NCBI GenBank assembly: GCA_903929765.1
Contig: CAIYVX010000063.1
Span: 10,174-74,173 of the forward strand
Length of the DNA stretch: 64,000 bases
Reading direction: 5' to 3'
Origin: an uncultured Planctomycetia bacterium
GTDB lineage: Bacteria > Planctomycetota > Phycisphaerae > FEN-1346 > JAACEH01
Position numbers and translations under genes: made by a program. Below are positions 1-8,769 of the stretch, in pieces. The notes under the pieces were generated by a model. It saw only the letters and a list, made by a program, of their open reading frames with translations. It did not search any database and was not told the origin of the DNA. The number at the start of each line of letters is the position of its first letter. The first letter of the stretch is position 1.

Positions 1-528
1 GCCACCACCATGGCTTCCATGGCCGCCAATTTCACCATCGGCTCGGAAAAATTCAACGCTGTCGAATCCCAGATCCGCACCGACCTCGATCTCCTCGAAG
101 CCGCGCGACGCAAGTTCCTCGATCTCATGCACCGCGACATCGAAGCCTACTCCACCGTGAGCGCCGCCTATAAACTACCCAAGGCCACCCCCGCCGAAAA
201 GGCCGCCCGAGACGCCTCCGTCCAATCCGCCCTCTCCGAAGCCATGCTCGTCCCGCTCAAAGCCTCCAAAGTCGCCATCGACGTCCTCGAAGTCACCTCC
301 GAACTCGCCGCCATCGCCAACCCCAACCTCCTCAGCGACGTCGCCGTCGCCGCCATCCTCGCCGAGGCCGCCGTCGCCGCCAGCCGCGTCAACGTCGAGG
401 TCAACCTCAAAAGCTCCTCCAACCCCGCCCTCATCGCCTCCACCCGCCACGACCTCGACGACGCCGACCGCCTCGCCGCCCGCCTCAAATCCCTCGCCCT
501 CGACACCATCCGCAGTAGAGCCAGGTAG
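1..528 (+). CDS. Formiminotransferase-cyclodeaminase / methenyl-THF cyclohydrolase-like protein (FTCD_C family). The 5' end is probably upstream of the window, because the reading frame is already open at nt 1.
   Basis: The translation MASMAANFTIGSEKF...AYKLPKATPAEKAARDASVQSAL...NPNLLSDVAVAAILAEAA...VNLKS follows the conserved layout of the cyclodeaminase/cyclohydrolase domain. The ORF reaches the window edge in frame. Confidence 0.7.
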   Translation, partial: ATTMASMAANFTIGSEKFNAVESQIRTDLDLLEAARRKFLDLMHRDIEAYSTVSAAYKLPKATPAEKAARDASVQSALSEAMLVPLKASKVAIDVLEVTSELAAIANPNLLSDVAVAAILAEAAVAASRVNVEVNLKSSSNPALIASTRHDLDDADRLAARLKSLALDTIRSRAR

Positions 529-550
529 GTCGGGTCAACAGACCCGACAT
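525..550. repeat. REP-type palindromic element GTAGGTCGGGTC-AACA-GACCCGACAT (perfect 8-bp stem, 4-nt loop), directly after the stop codon of the preceding gene. A degenerate composite copy lies at 661-712.
   Basis: The inverted repeat is visible in the sequence. The same core recurs at 4394-4417, 8227-8250, 19772-19799, 27778-27805, 57345-57370, 57381-57402 and 60445-60472. Confidence 0.8.
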
Positions 551-735
551 CCGCTTGCCGTTTCTTTTCCGTTTCCGGGTGCCACACTTTGAAGCCCCGG
601 CTCTGCCGGGGCCAAAGTGTGTTCTTTGTCCTCATCAGAACTATTCGCCCGTTCCATGATCCTGGCCCGACATAGTAAAAAAGAAAAGGTCGGATCCACC
701 GACCCGACCTCTGCTTGCTGTTGCCTTTAAACTTA

Positions 736-1233
736 TTACTTTTTACTTTCTTCCCGCCCCGCCACATGCCGCCAAAACGTCGTCTTCGCCTCCACCTCCC
801 GCCGCGCCGTCATCTCGTCGATCTCAATCTCCACTATCGCGCAGCCCGCCAGACGTTTCGCGTCCAACTCCTTCGCCTCCGGTCGATAGACCCGATTAAA
901 GGCGTTGGCCAACTCCGCCTTCCGCGCCTCCTCCGTCACCAACTTCGCCCGCCCGAACACCAGCACGCTCCAATTGTCCACGTGGCACGGATTCCCGCCG
1001 TGGTCCTGCACCGTCCCCGTCTGCCGGCAGACGCAGAAGCAAATCCGCGGCTGGGCCGCAATCTCGTCCAGCTTCCGCCCCTCCAACGCCCCGTGAAACA
1101 CAATCCGATCCTGCACATAAGCATAGTTCAGCGGTACCGCATAAGCCTGCCCGCCCCCCGCCGTCGCCATCACGCCCCAGTCGCTCTGCCGCAACATCTC
1201 CTCGACCGCCGCTTTGTCGTTAATAAAATCCAT
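736..1233 (-). CDS. Pyridoxamine 5'-phosphate oxidase-like FMN-binding split-barrel protein.
   Basis: 165-aa ORF (MDFINDKAAVEEMLRQSDWGVMATAGGGQAYAVPLNYAYVQDRIVFHGA...) with a PNPOx/NimA-like layout and coding-like composition. Confidence 0.7.
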   Translation of the reverse strand: MDFINDKAAVEEMLRQSDWGVMATAGGGQAYAVPLNYAYVQDRIVFHGALEGRKLDEIAAQPRICFCVCRQTGTVQDHGGNPCHVDNWSVLVFGRAKLVTEEARKAELANAFNRVYRPEAKELDAKRLAGCAIVEIEIDEMTARREVEAKTTFWRHVAGREESKK

Positions 1234-1241
1234 AACTCCTC

Positions 1242-3137
1242 CTAAAGTTCCAGCGGCGAAACCACGTCGCCCTTCTTCGCCTGCAGCGCCGCAATCCGTT
1301 CCCCCTGCGCTTCCAGCGTCTTAAAGACCGCCTCCGGCACGTCCGTCTCGCTCCGGTAAATCTTCATGATCCGCTCGATCTTCTCCAGCAGTTTTACGCA
1401 CCGCACGCTGAACAGCTCGACGTATTTCTCCTTCGTAAACTCTTCCTTGCGGCACTCGCGGAAGAGCTTGGCCAGGTCGTCATAAAGCGGAATCTGCCCC
1501 GTCGGCGTCTGAATCACTTCCACCTCGCCGTGCAGCCGACGCTCGATCCACTGCACCCAGACCTTCTTGTCCAGCATCCCGCTCAAATACTTTCCGTCCG
1601 GCCCTTTGAGGAAATAGTTCACCGAAAAAATCCGCGGCGGGCTTTTCAGCTTCGCCCCGAACTCCAGGTGCCGCGCGATGTACCGCCCCGGCGGCACACT
1701 CAAAAATTGCAGGTTGCTCATCAAATCAAACGTCCGCACCCCCTGCTTCCCGATCACCGCCGCCGTCGTCTCCGACTCCAGCGTCGCCCCCTTCGTCACC
1801 GTCCCATGCACCCAGTCGAACGCCTCTTCCACCGCCACGCAAGTGTCGCTGTCGCGGCCGCCGTAAATGACCCCCTCCAGCGCCACGCCGCGCGGATTGT
1901 CGCAGGCCGCATCGTAATTCCCCAGCTTCGACAGCGAAATCGTGTACCGGGCGTTCTTGTGCGCGTGCGGAATTTCCTCCCCTGCCGCATCCTTCTTTCC
2001 CGTCTGCCACGACCCGGAAAAATTCACCCCGCTCGCCGGCGCCATCCGCCCGTCGCCCAGCCAGTACGGCGTCCCGTCACTCACCAGCACGTTCGAGAAG
2101 ATCACCTCGCCGGGCTTGGTCAGCACGTCCCAGATCAGCGGATCGCTCGCCGCCTTTACGTCCTGAATAATCCCGAAAATCCCGTGCTCCACGTTGGCCG
2201 CGCGGCACTGTCCGCCCATGATCCGCAGAAACGCCAGGTCGTCCCCCACGATCCGCTCGCCCGGAATCATCGCCGTCGAAGTCTTCCCACACGCGCTCGG
2301 AAACGCCCCGGCCAGGTACGTCACCCGCCCCTTCGGCCCGTTCACGCCCATCAGCAACATGTGTTCGCTCAGCCAGCCTTCCCGCGACGCCTTGTTGATC
2401 GACAGCCGCAGCGACAGCTTCTTCAGCCCCACGGTGTTCCCGGCGTACTGCGTGTTGACGCTGTAAACGGTGTTCTCTTCCAGATCGATGCGAATACATT
2501 TCTTGTCATGGTGCTTCGACACGCCGTCCACCGTCTCGCCGCAGGAATGCAGCAACCGGAAAAAGTCCGGCTTGTCGCCCAGCCGCCGGAACTGCTCATA
2601 GCCCTGCCGGTAGAGCAAATCCTCGCTGTGCCCGACGTAAAACGAATCCGTCACCTGCACGCAGCTAATGGCAAACTCCGACTCCGTCGGCCCCAGGCAG
2701 AAAAACCGCACCAGCGCCTGCCGCCCTTTCATGGTGTCTTTCATCCGCTCCCGCACTTCGACCAGACCCTCTTCCTTGCCGACGTGGTTGATGCGGGGCG
2801 AAAACACCACGCCCGGCGGCGCCAAATACTTCGTCGCCCCCGGATCGCGCCCCTGGTCGTTGTACCCGTCGAAGTGGACCGTGTGCCCCTCGGTCACGAG
2901 CGGCGTCTCTTCCTTCCGAGCCACCGCCTGCCCGCGAACATAAGCTATATCCGCCGGATCGTCCGTGCAGACGAACACGCTCTCAGGCTGGCACAGCGCC
3001 ACCGCCTCGGCCACAAACCGGTGCATCGCCGGGTTCCCGAGCGCCAACAGCTTCTCCAGATTCCGGGCGTCCAGCTTCGCCTTCAGAATCTCTATGACCT
3101 CCGCGCTCGCCGCATTTTCCGCTTTCTTTTTGCCCAC
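1242..3137 (-). CDS. pckG: Phosphoenolpyruvate carboxykinase (GTP).
   Basis: 631 aa. It carries the GTP-PEPCK kinase-1a P-loop SACGKTS and conserved blocks such as YNDQGRDPGATKYLAPPGVVFSPRINH and GRMAPASGVNFSGSW. Confidence 0.95.
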   Translation of the reverse strand: MGKKKAENAASAEVIEILKAKLDARNLEKLLALGNPAMHRFVAEAVALCQPESVFVCTDDPADIAYVRGQAVARKEETPLVTEGHTVHFDGYNDQGRDPGATKYLAPPGVVFSPRINHVGKEEGLVEVRERMKDTMKGRQALVRFFCLGPTESEFAISCVQVTDSFYVGHSEDLLYRQGYEQFRRLGDKPDFFRLLHSCGETVDGVSKHHDKKCIRIDLEENTVYSVNTQYAGNTVGLKKLSLRLSINKASREGWLSEHMLLMGVNGPKGRVTYLAGAFPSACGKTSTAMIPGERIVGDDLAFLRIMGGQCRAANVEHGIFGIIQDVKAASDPLIWDVLTKPGEVIFSNVLVSDGTPYWLGDGRMAPASGVNFSGSWQTGKKDAAGEEIPHAHKNARYTISLSKLGNYDAACDNPRGVALEGVIYGGRDSDTCVAVEEAFDWVHGTVTKGATLESETTAAVIGKQGVRTFDLMSNLQFLSVPPGRYIARHLEFGAKLKSPPRIFSVNYFLKGPDGKYLSGMLDKKVWVQWIERRLHGEVEVIQTPTGQIPLYDDLAKLFRECRKEEFTKEKYVELFSVRCVKLLEKIERIMKIYRSETDVPEAVFKTLEAQGERIAALQAKKGDVVSPLEL

Positions 3138-3397
3138 CGTCCCGCCCTCTCACCACGTTTTCCTTGTTTTCACTACTGTTAACCCCGCCCGGCCACGCGC
3201 CGAGCCTCGGGCAGGCGGCAATTTACCATCGCCCTGCCGGGTTGTCAAGCTTGGCTCGAACTGCCGGTTGAATTGCGCTGGGCGTCGGAAAAAAGGGAAA
3301 CAGAAATCAACAAATGCCCTGGAACCTGGGCGAGGTGGCAAGTATCATAGTGTCCTGGAGGTTCGCCGGTCTTATTCGAGAAAGGGCACGGGGCGCT

Positions 3398-4390
3398 ATG
3401 GGCCAGTCCAAGGACGAACTTAGCAAGGCCAACTTTGTCACCTTCCGGCCCCAGATCCGGGTGCTGGACTGCACGATTCGGGACGGCGGATTGATCAACG
3501 ACCACCAGTTCGACGACGATTTCGTCCGGGCCGTGTACCAGACCCTGGTCGCCGCGGGAGTCGACTACATGGAGTTCGGCTACAAAGGCTCGGCCAGCCA
3601 CTATTCGCGGACCGAGCACGGCTCCTGGCGGTTCTGCACCGAGGAGGACATCCGCCGCATCGTCGGCGACAACCCGACCGCCCTGAAACTGACCGTCATG
3701 GCCGACGTCGAGCGGACCGATTACCACACCGACATCCTGCCCAAGGATAAGAGCGTCATCGACGTGATCCGCGTGGCTACCTACATCCACCAGATTCCCG
3801 AGGCTCTGGAGATGATCAAGGACGCCCACGACAAGGGCTACGAGACCACCGTCAACCTGATGGCCATCAGCATCGTCCAGGACCGCGAACTCCAGGAAGC
3901 CCTGGAGGCCCTGGTCAAAAGCCCCGTCGACACCATCTACCTGGTCGACAGTTTCGGGGCCTATTACTTCGAGCAGATCCGCGACCTGACGCGGACTTTC
4001 CTCAGAGCTTTGAAGGGCAGCGGCAAGGAACTCGGCCTGCACATGCACAACAACCAGCAGTTGGCCTACGCCAACACGCTCGAAGGGCTGGTCCTGGGGG
4101 CCAACCGGTTCGACGTGACCATCAACGGCATGGGACGCGGGGCGGGCAACTGTCCCACCGAACTGCTGCTGGGCTTCCTGCGCAACCCCAAGTTCAAGCT
4201 CCGCCCGCTGCTCCAGTGCATCCAGGAGCATTTCATTCCGCTGCTCAAGTCGGGAAAAATGGAATGGGGCTACATGATTCCCTACATGATCACCGGGATA
4301 CTCAATCAGCACCCGCGGACGGCCATCAAGTTGCGCGAGAGCGACCAGCCCGACGACTATGTCGCCTTCTACGATCAGGTCATCGAATAA
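3398..4390 (+). CDS. HMGL-like (DRE-TIM) aldolase / pyruvate carboxyltransferase domain protein. The start could alternatively be the ATG at 3314.
   Basis: The LDCTIRDGG motif sits near the N-terminus, followed by a TIM-barrel-like sequence (HMHNNQQLAYANTLEGL, GMGRGAGNCPTELL), which is typical of the HMG-CoA-lyase-like superfamily. Confidence 0.75.
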   Translation: MGQSKDELSKANFVTFRPQIRVLDCTIRDGGLINDHQFDDDFVRAVYQTLVAAGVDYMEFGYKGSASHYSRTEHGSWRFCTEEDIRRIVGDNPTALKLTVMADVERTDYHTDILPKDKSVIDVIRVATYIHQIPEALEMIKDAHDKGYETTVNLMAISIVQDRELQEALEALVKSPVDTIYLVDSFGAYYFEQIRDLTRTFLRALKGSGKELGLHMHNNQQLAYANTLEGLVLGANRFDVTINGMGRGAGNCPTELLLGFLRNPKFKLRPLLQCIQEHFIPLLKSGKMEWGYMIPYMITGILNQHPRTAIKLRESDQPDDYVAFYDQVIE

Positions 4391-4446
4391 CGGGTAGGTC
4401 GGACCCTGGCCCGACATCCGACTGCCGTTGCTGTTGCTTCTTCTTA

Positions 4447-4495
4447 TGAAGCCACCAGCATTGCTGGGGGACACTGGTTTTTCTGTTTTAGCCGT
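4447..4495 (+). terminator. Candidate intrinsic terminator for the aldolase-like gene: an imperfect hairpin CCACCAGCATTGCTGGGGG followed by TTTTTCTGTTTT. The hairpin belongs to the CCCCCAGCAGTGCTGGGGG repeat family.
   Basis: A GC-rich stem-loop followed within 10 nt by a T-run on the plus strand, 57 nt after the stop codon at 4390. Confidence 0.45.
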
Positions 4496-4514
4496 TTGCC
4501 CGACGAGAGCCTTT

Positions 4515-6158
4515 TCACGCCTTCCGCCGATGCACAATATCGAAAAATTCTTCCAGCCTCAATAATTTCGCCGCCGCCAAATACACCCCGCCGCCCACCA
4601 CCGTCGCCGCCGCCAGCGCCGCCCAGGCCTGCGCCTTGCCCCCCGGCGCCAAGCCGCCCAGACCCGCCAACTCCATCGCCCCCCACGCCGCCGCCGTCAT
4701 CGCCGCCGTCGCCAAAACGCTCCGCCACAGCGTCGATAAATATTGCCGCAACCCCAGCCGTCCCAGCCGCCGCCGCAGCACCCACACCAGCCACAGGCAT
4801 TGTCCCCCCGCGCACAGCACCGTCGAGGCCGCCAGCCCCTCCAGCCCGAAATACCAGATCGAGGTCACGTTCAGCACAAAGTTGACCCCCGCCGCCGCCA
4901 TCGATGTCCGTACCGGCACGCGAGGTTCCTGCAACGCAAAAAACGCCCGCGTCACCAGATGTTGCACCGCAAACGGCAGCAGTCCGATCCCATAAATCGC
5001 CGTCATCCTCGCCACCTGCGGCGTGTCGGCCGGGTCGAACTTCCCGTGCTCAAACAGCACCCGCACCAGCGGCACAGCGGCGAGCGCCAGCCCCGCCGAG
5101 CACGGCAACGCGATCACTGTCGCCACGCGCAACCCCTGGTTCAGCGTCGCCGCCAGGCCCCGATGATCCACGTTCGCCGCATGACGCGCCAGCGCCGGAA
5201 AGATCGCCGTCCCCAGCGCGATGATGAACACACCCAGCGGCAACTGGTACAGCCGCTGCCCCAGGTACATCACCGAGTTGGCCGTCGCCTCCAGCGGATA
5301 TTTTATCGTGTGCCCCAGGAACTCAAACGTCGTCACCAGCCGCGCCGGGTCCGCCGCGTCCGGGTGCGGACTGAAGAACTGGGCCAGAAGTTGGTTTATG
5401 TAAATGTTAAATTGCACCACGCCCAGGGCCAGGATCATCGGCAGCATCAGCACCGCGATCTCCCGCAGGTACGGCGAGGCCAGATCCCACGCCGGCCGGA
5501 ACCGGAACCCCGCCCGCCACAGCGGCGGCACCTGCATCCCCACGTTCACCACCCCCAGCACCAGCACGCTCACCGCCAGGGCGTAAGCCTGCCGCTCCTC
5601 GTTTCCCGGCCACAGGTACCGCCCGCCCGCGCAGACCGCGATCATCCCCACGTTCAGCACCACCGGCGCCAGCGCCGGCGCCGAAAAATGTCCCCGCACG
5701 TTCAGCACGCCCTGCAACAGCGCCACCAGGCAGACCGTGATCAGAAACGGCAGCATCACCGCCGAAAGGCCCAGCGTCAGCTCAAACCGCGGGTCCGCCG
5801 CCCCGCCCCGGGCCACCGCCCAGTTGATGATCCAGATAATCCCCTCGCCGCACAGCGTCACCCCGGCCAGCAGCACCACCAGCACGGTGATGGCCAGGCA
5901 GGCCAGTTGCCGCGCCGCCTCCTCTTCCTTCTTTTCGACCAGGCGGGTGTAAACGGGCAGGAATGTGGTGGTCAGCGCCCCTTCGCCAAACAGCGTCCGA
6001 AACAGGTTGGGCAGCACGAACGCCGGCACCCAGGAATTCATCACCCCGCTCAGCCCGAACGCCGCCGCCAGGGCCATGTCGCGACCCAAGCCGGTCACGC
6101 GGCTGACGATGGTCAGGATCGATAACGTGCGGGCGTGTCTGACGAAATCGGCGGCCAC
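4515..6158 (-). CDS. murJ: Lipid II flippase MurJ (MviN).
   Basis: 547-aa polytopic membrane protein. The N-terminus ...TIVSRVTGLGRDMALAAAFG..., the overall length and the hydrophobic profile are typical of MurJ. Confidence 0.9.
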   Translation of the reverse strand: MAADFVRHARTLSILTIVSRVTGLGRDMALAAAFGLSGVMNSWVPAFVLPNLFRTLFGEGALTTTFLPVYTRLVEKKEEEAARQLACLAITVLVVLLAGVTLCGEGIIWIINWAVARGGAADPRFELTLGLSAVMLPFLITVCLVALLQGVLNVRGHFSAPALAPVVLNVGMIAVCAGGRYLWPGNEERQAYALAVSVLVLGVVNVGMQVPPLWRAGFRFRPAWDLASPYLREIAVLMLPMILALGVVQFNIYINQLLAQFFSPHPDAADPARLVTTFEFLGHTIKYPLEATANSVMYLGQRLYQLPLGVFIIALGTAIFPALARHAANVDHRGLAATLNQGLRVATVIALPCSAGLALAAVPLVRVLFEHGKFDPADTPQVARMTAIYGIGLLPFAVQHLVTRAFFALQEPRVPVRTSMAAAGVNFVLNVTSIWYFGLEGLAASTVLCAGGQCLWLVWVLRRRLGRLGLRQYLSTLWRSVLATAAMTAAAWGAMELAGLGGLAPGGKAQAWAALAAATVVGGGVYLAAAKLLRLEEFFDIVHRRKA

Positions 6159-6258
6159 GAGCGCTCCGAGATGGGCGATTTACCGCATCGGACGGCTGTT
6201 TAGGCCTCGAACGGTCCCAAATACCAGGTTTCCATCCGACCAGGACCCTTGCGACCGG

Positions 6259-7122
6259 CTAGTTCAGGTCAAAGTCCGCCCACATGTTATCCAAAGCGGA
6301 ACCGACATTGGATGTGGGATGTTGGGTCAAGTCCGTCAGGAACGGATAGTTGCAATACTTTACTGTGCCGTCAATATAGGCCACGTTGACTCCGTCCTTA
6401 TGGCGATTGGTAACACAAAGTTTGGTCGAGTCGACGTAGAAACTGTCGGCCATGAAGGCCCGGTAGGCCGGGTAGGCGTTGCTGTTTGGTCCTCCGTGGG
6501 GCATCTGAACCTGCGCCGACGTATACCCGGCCAGCCGGGGCCGGATGCTGTAGGAGGCGATGATCGTGCTGCCGGTGGCCGGTTTTCCCCCCGAGCCCAC
6601 ATTCACCTGGATGCTGGTGTCCGGGTTGCAATTGGGATTCTGCTGCCAGTAGTCATCCCCGCCGCTCGAACTCTCGTGCCACCACTGATCCTTGTCGGTG
6701 ATGGACGGGCAGACATAGTATCTCGCCGCCACCAGTTGCTGCCACGAGAGCGGCCCGAAACCCACCCCGTAGCCCCCGCCATTGCCGTTGTAGACTAGGT
6801 TGTCGAAGCCGCTGCCCGGCGAGGAGCCGCCGCTCAAACTGTAAACGTTGCCCTGGTTCTGCGTCCAGTTCACCTCGGTAGGACTCTGCAGCGGCGGGAA
6901 CTTGGTGGAATACTGGTTGGTGTAGTTCAAGTAGACCTGGGCCAGCGCCTTCAGTTGTGCCTGGCATTGGGCGATGCCGACGTGGTGCATGATCGGCCCC
7001 GACGCCACCGCCATGATCGAAAGCATGATCACGATAATCGTGATGACGATCAGCAGTTCGACCAGCGTGAATCCTGCTTTTCCTCTGGGCGTTTTTTCCG
7101 ACCTTTTCGTGCCGCTCATCAT
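6259..7122 (-). CDS. DUF1559 protein with a prepilin-type N-terminal cleavage/methylation domain (the large Planctomycetes paralog family).
   Basis: GFTLVELLIVITIIVIMLSIM matches the type IV pilin-like methylation motif. The C-terminal end NYPFLTDLTQHPTSNVGSALDNMW and a Gly/Asn/Tyr-rich core follow. Confidence 0.85.
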   Translation of the reverse strand: MMSGTKRSEKTPRGKAGFTLVELLIVITIIVIMLSIMAVASGPIMHHVGIAQCQAQLKALAQVYLNYTNQYSTKFPPLQSPTEVNWTQNQGNVYSLSGGSSPGSGFDNLVYNGNGGGYGVGFGPLSWQQLVAARYYVCPSITDKDQWWHESSSGGDDYWQQNPNCNPDTSIQVNVGSGGKPATGSTIIASYSIRPRLAGYTSAQVQMPHGGPNSNAYPAYRAFMADSFYVDSTKLCVTNRHKDGVNVAYIDGTVKYCNYPFLTDLTQHPTSNVGSALDNMWADFDLN

Positions 7123-7298
7123 CTAGCCCTTTCAGTTCGAGGAACACGAGCAACCCGCCTCTCCAACACCCCTATTTTCGCACCCCCACACGCTTTTGGC
7201 AACTGGAAAGCGAAAAAGACCAAAAAAGCGACGCCAGAATCGGTTTTCGCCCGGTTGGCGTGGTGGACTGGGATAGGTCTAAAAATTACCTTTGCCGT

Positions 7299-7327
7299 TT
7301 GCTTCCCCGGCTGAAACCGATTATAAT
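7299..7327 (+). promoter_or_regulatory. Candidate sigma70-like promoter, TTGCTT-N17-TATAAT, upstream of the zinc-ribbon protein gene.
   Basis: A perfect -10 hexamer TATAAT at 7322-7327, with a 4/6 -35 match 17 nt upstream. This sits in an otherwise GC-rich divergent intergenic region. Confidence 0.4.
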
Positions 7328-7444
7328 CCACTTGGTCTGATTCCGCACTGACGGGAAGTTCCGGGCGGCGGCCCGGAGACGGCGCTAGAATTATGATTTT
7401 TCCTCCCCCGCAACCTCGGGGGGTCTTTCTGGTGAGCAGCGGCC

Positions 7445-8215
7445 GTGCCTGTGGGGATCAACGACATGTCGATAATTGTAACCTGTTGCTGTGGCCGGCA
7501 ATTGGAAGCCCCCGATACGGCCGCCGGCCGACAGGGCAAATGTTCTCTCTGCGGCCGAACCGTCTTCGTCCCGCAACGCAATTCCCAGGAACTCGTCATC
7601 TGGTCCGGCACCGACTTCCAACTCCTCGAAGCCGCCCTGCACCAGGAATTGCCCCAGCTCCCCATCCAGCCCGCCGACCGTATTCTCGACGAGGCCGAAA
7701 AATGGGCCAAAGTCTGGAAGCTCCCCCTCGACCGCAAGCCCCACCACGCCGGCTTCGACCTCATTTGCGACATGGTCTCTTCCTGCGTCATGCGCGATGC
7801 CGCCGTCGGCATGGACAAAGTCTCCGTCCTCCACACCAACGGCGAACAGATGATCCGCGTCGCCGTCCTGCGCGGCGAACGCAAGCTCCTCCACTTCATC
7901 GCCCGCAGCGGCGAAGACGAGTACCTCTGCTGGCACCACCGCGACGCCGACGACGACGAGGCCGAGACCGCCCGCGAGCGGACCGACGTCCTCCAGTCCA
8001 TCTCCTCCGGCGTCCACTGTGCCAAGTGCGAGCACAACATGGGCTACGTCCGCGTCACCAAGGCCGGCCTCGCCCCCATCGCCGGCTACCGCTGCGGTCG
8101 CTGCGGCCGAATCTTCTGCTCCAAATGCCACGGCGCCTTCGTCCGCGGCTGCCCCTTCTGCTCCGCCGGACACGAAGCCCTCATCCTCCTCGCCGCCCGC
8201 CTCGTCCCGAAATAA
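7445..8215 (+). CDS. Hypothetical zinc-ribbon protein with cysteine clusters at both ends. The start could alternatively be M at 7466.
   Basis: N-terminal CCCGRQ...CSLCGR and C-terminal CAKCEHN...YRCGRCGRIFCSKCHGAFVRGCPFC zinc-ribbon-like CxxC pairs. The overlapping ORFs 7393..8265 (+) and 7391..8440 (-) are low-complexity Pro/Arg or Gly frames and are less likely to be real genes. Confidence 0.5.
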   Translation: MPVGINDMSIIVTCCCGRQLEAPDTAAGRQGKCSLCGRTVFVPQRNSQELVIWSGTDFQLLEAALHQELPQLPIQPADRILDEAEKWAKVWKLPLDRKPHHAGFDLICDMVSSCVMRDAAVGMDKVSVLHTNGEQMIRVAVLRGERKLLHFIARSGEDEYLCWHHRDADDDEAETARERTDVLQSISSGVHCAKCEHNMGYVRVTKAGLAPIAGYRCGRCGRIFCSKCHGAFVRGCPFCSAGHEALILLAARLVPK

Positions 8216-8226
8216 CGCAGCTTTAT

Positions 8227-8250
8227 GTAGGTTGGGCCCTGGCCCGACAT
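8227..8250. repeat. Variant copy of the REP-type element (GTAGGTTGGGCCCTGGCCCGACAT), 12 nt after the stop codon at 8215.
   Basis: It shares its flanks and the CCCGACAT arm with the 4394-4417 copy. Confidence 0.6.
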
Positions 8251-8277
8251 TCTTCTTCTGTATAACTCTTCCGCAAA

Positions 8278-8769
8278 TTAAATCGTTTCGACCACACCTT
8301 GCGAGATCAGTTCCCCCACCACCCCCGCCGCCCTCATCCCCCGCCCGACAAACCGCAACACCCGCTCTTCCGCCCCCGCCACCGCAAAATATATCTCCAG
8401 CCGATCCGCCGGCAGAGCCTCCGGCACCCGGTCCGCCCACTCAATCACCGACACTCCGTCCGCCGCCAGAATTTCATCTGACCCCAGGTCGATCATTTCC
8501 CGCGCCGCCCGCAACCGATATGCGTCAAAATGGTAAACCGGCAGCCGCCCGCGATGAATCTGCATCAGCACGAACGTCGGGCTGGTACACTCATCCGCAT
8601 CGCCCCCCAGCCCCGCCACCAGCCCCTTCGTAAAACAGGTCTTCCCCGCCCCGAGGTCCCCGAACAGGCACAACACGTCCCCCGCCGCCACCAGCGCCGC
8701 CAGCCGCGCCGCCAACCGCTGCGTCTCCTCCACCGACCGGCACCGTGCCGTCGCCTCTGTTTCGCTCAT
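8278..8769 (-). CDS. tsaE: tRNA threonylcarbamoyladenosine biosynthesis ATPase TsaE (YjeE).
   Basis: The Walker-A-like GDLGAGKTCFTKG, then PTFVLMQIH...HFDAYRL, typical of TsaE. The ATG at 8769 overlaps the thiL stop codon in an ATGA arrangement. Confidence 0.85.
   Translation of the reverse strand: MSETEATARCRSVEETQRLAARLAALVAAGDVLCLFGDLGAGKTCFTKGLVAGLGGDADECTSPTFVLMQIHRGRLPVYHFDAYRLRAAREMIDLGSDEILAADGVSVIEWADRVPEALPADRLEIYFAVAGAEERVLRFVGRGMRAAGVVGELISQGVVETI

Noticed and set aside
1530-3182. 550-aa plus-strand ORF antisense to pckG, together with many similar long ORFs on the opposite strand of real genes, for example 3245-4537 (-), 4743-6125 (+), 15624-16607 (-), 16749-17690 (-), 25295-26074 (+), 25299-26165 (-), 26850-27764 (+), 34477-35913 (+), 45166-46434 (+), 47902-48972 (+), 49784-50857 (-), 50921-51919 (-), 53438-54496 (+), 54692-55855 (+), 55646-57382 (-), 58190-59779 (-) and 61568-63679 (-).
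   Set aside because: Their translations are Arg/Pro/Gly/His-rich low-complexity strings, as expected from stop-codon-poor antisense frames in high-GC DNA. Each overlaps a gene that has clear family motifs.
3230-3350. Possible promoters (TTGTCA, TTGAAT, TATCAT) in the divergent pckG/aldolase intergenic region.
   Set aside because: No pair of hexamers with correct 16-18 nt spacing both approaches consensus.
4496-4885. Pro-rich 129-aa ORF (PPPNTPRRPPPSPPPAPPRPAP...) and other Pro/Ala-rich ORFs overlapping murJ.
   Set aside because: They are antisense or out-of-frame to a strongly supported membrane-protein gene and are pure low complexity.
7391-8440. 349-aa minus-strand Gly/Ala-rich ORF, and the 290-aa Pro/Arg-rich plus-strand ORF at 7393-8265.
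   Set aside because: Both are pure low-complexity sequences with no start context. The 7445-8215 frame has structured Cys motifs and is the more plausible gene.
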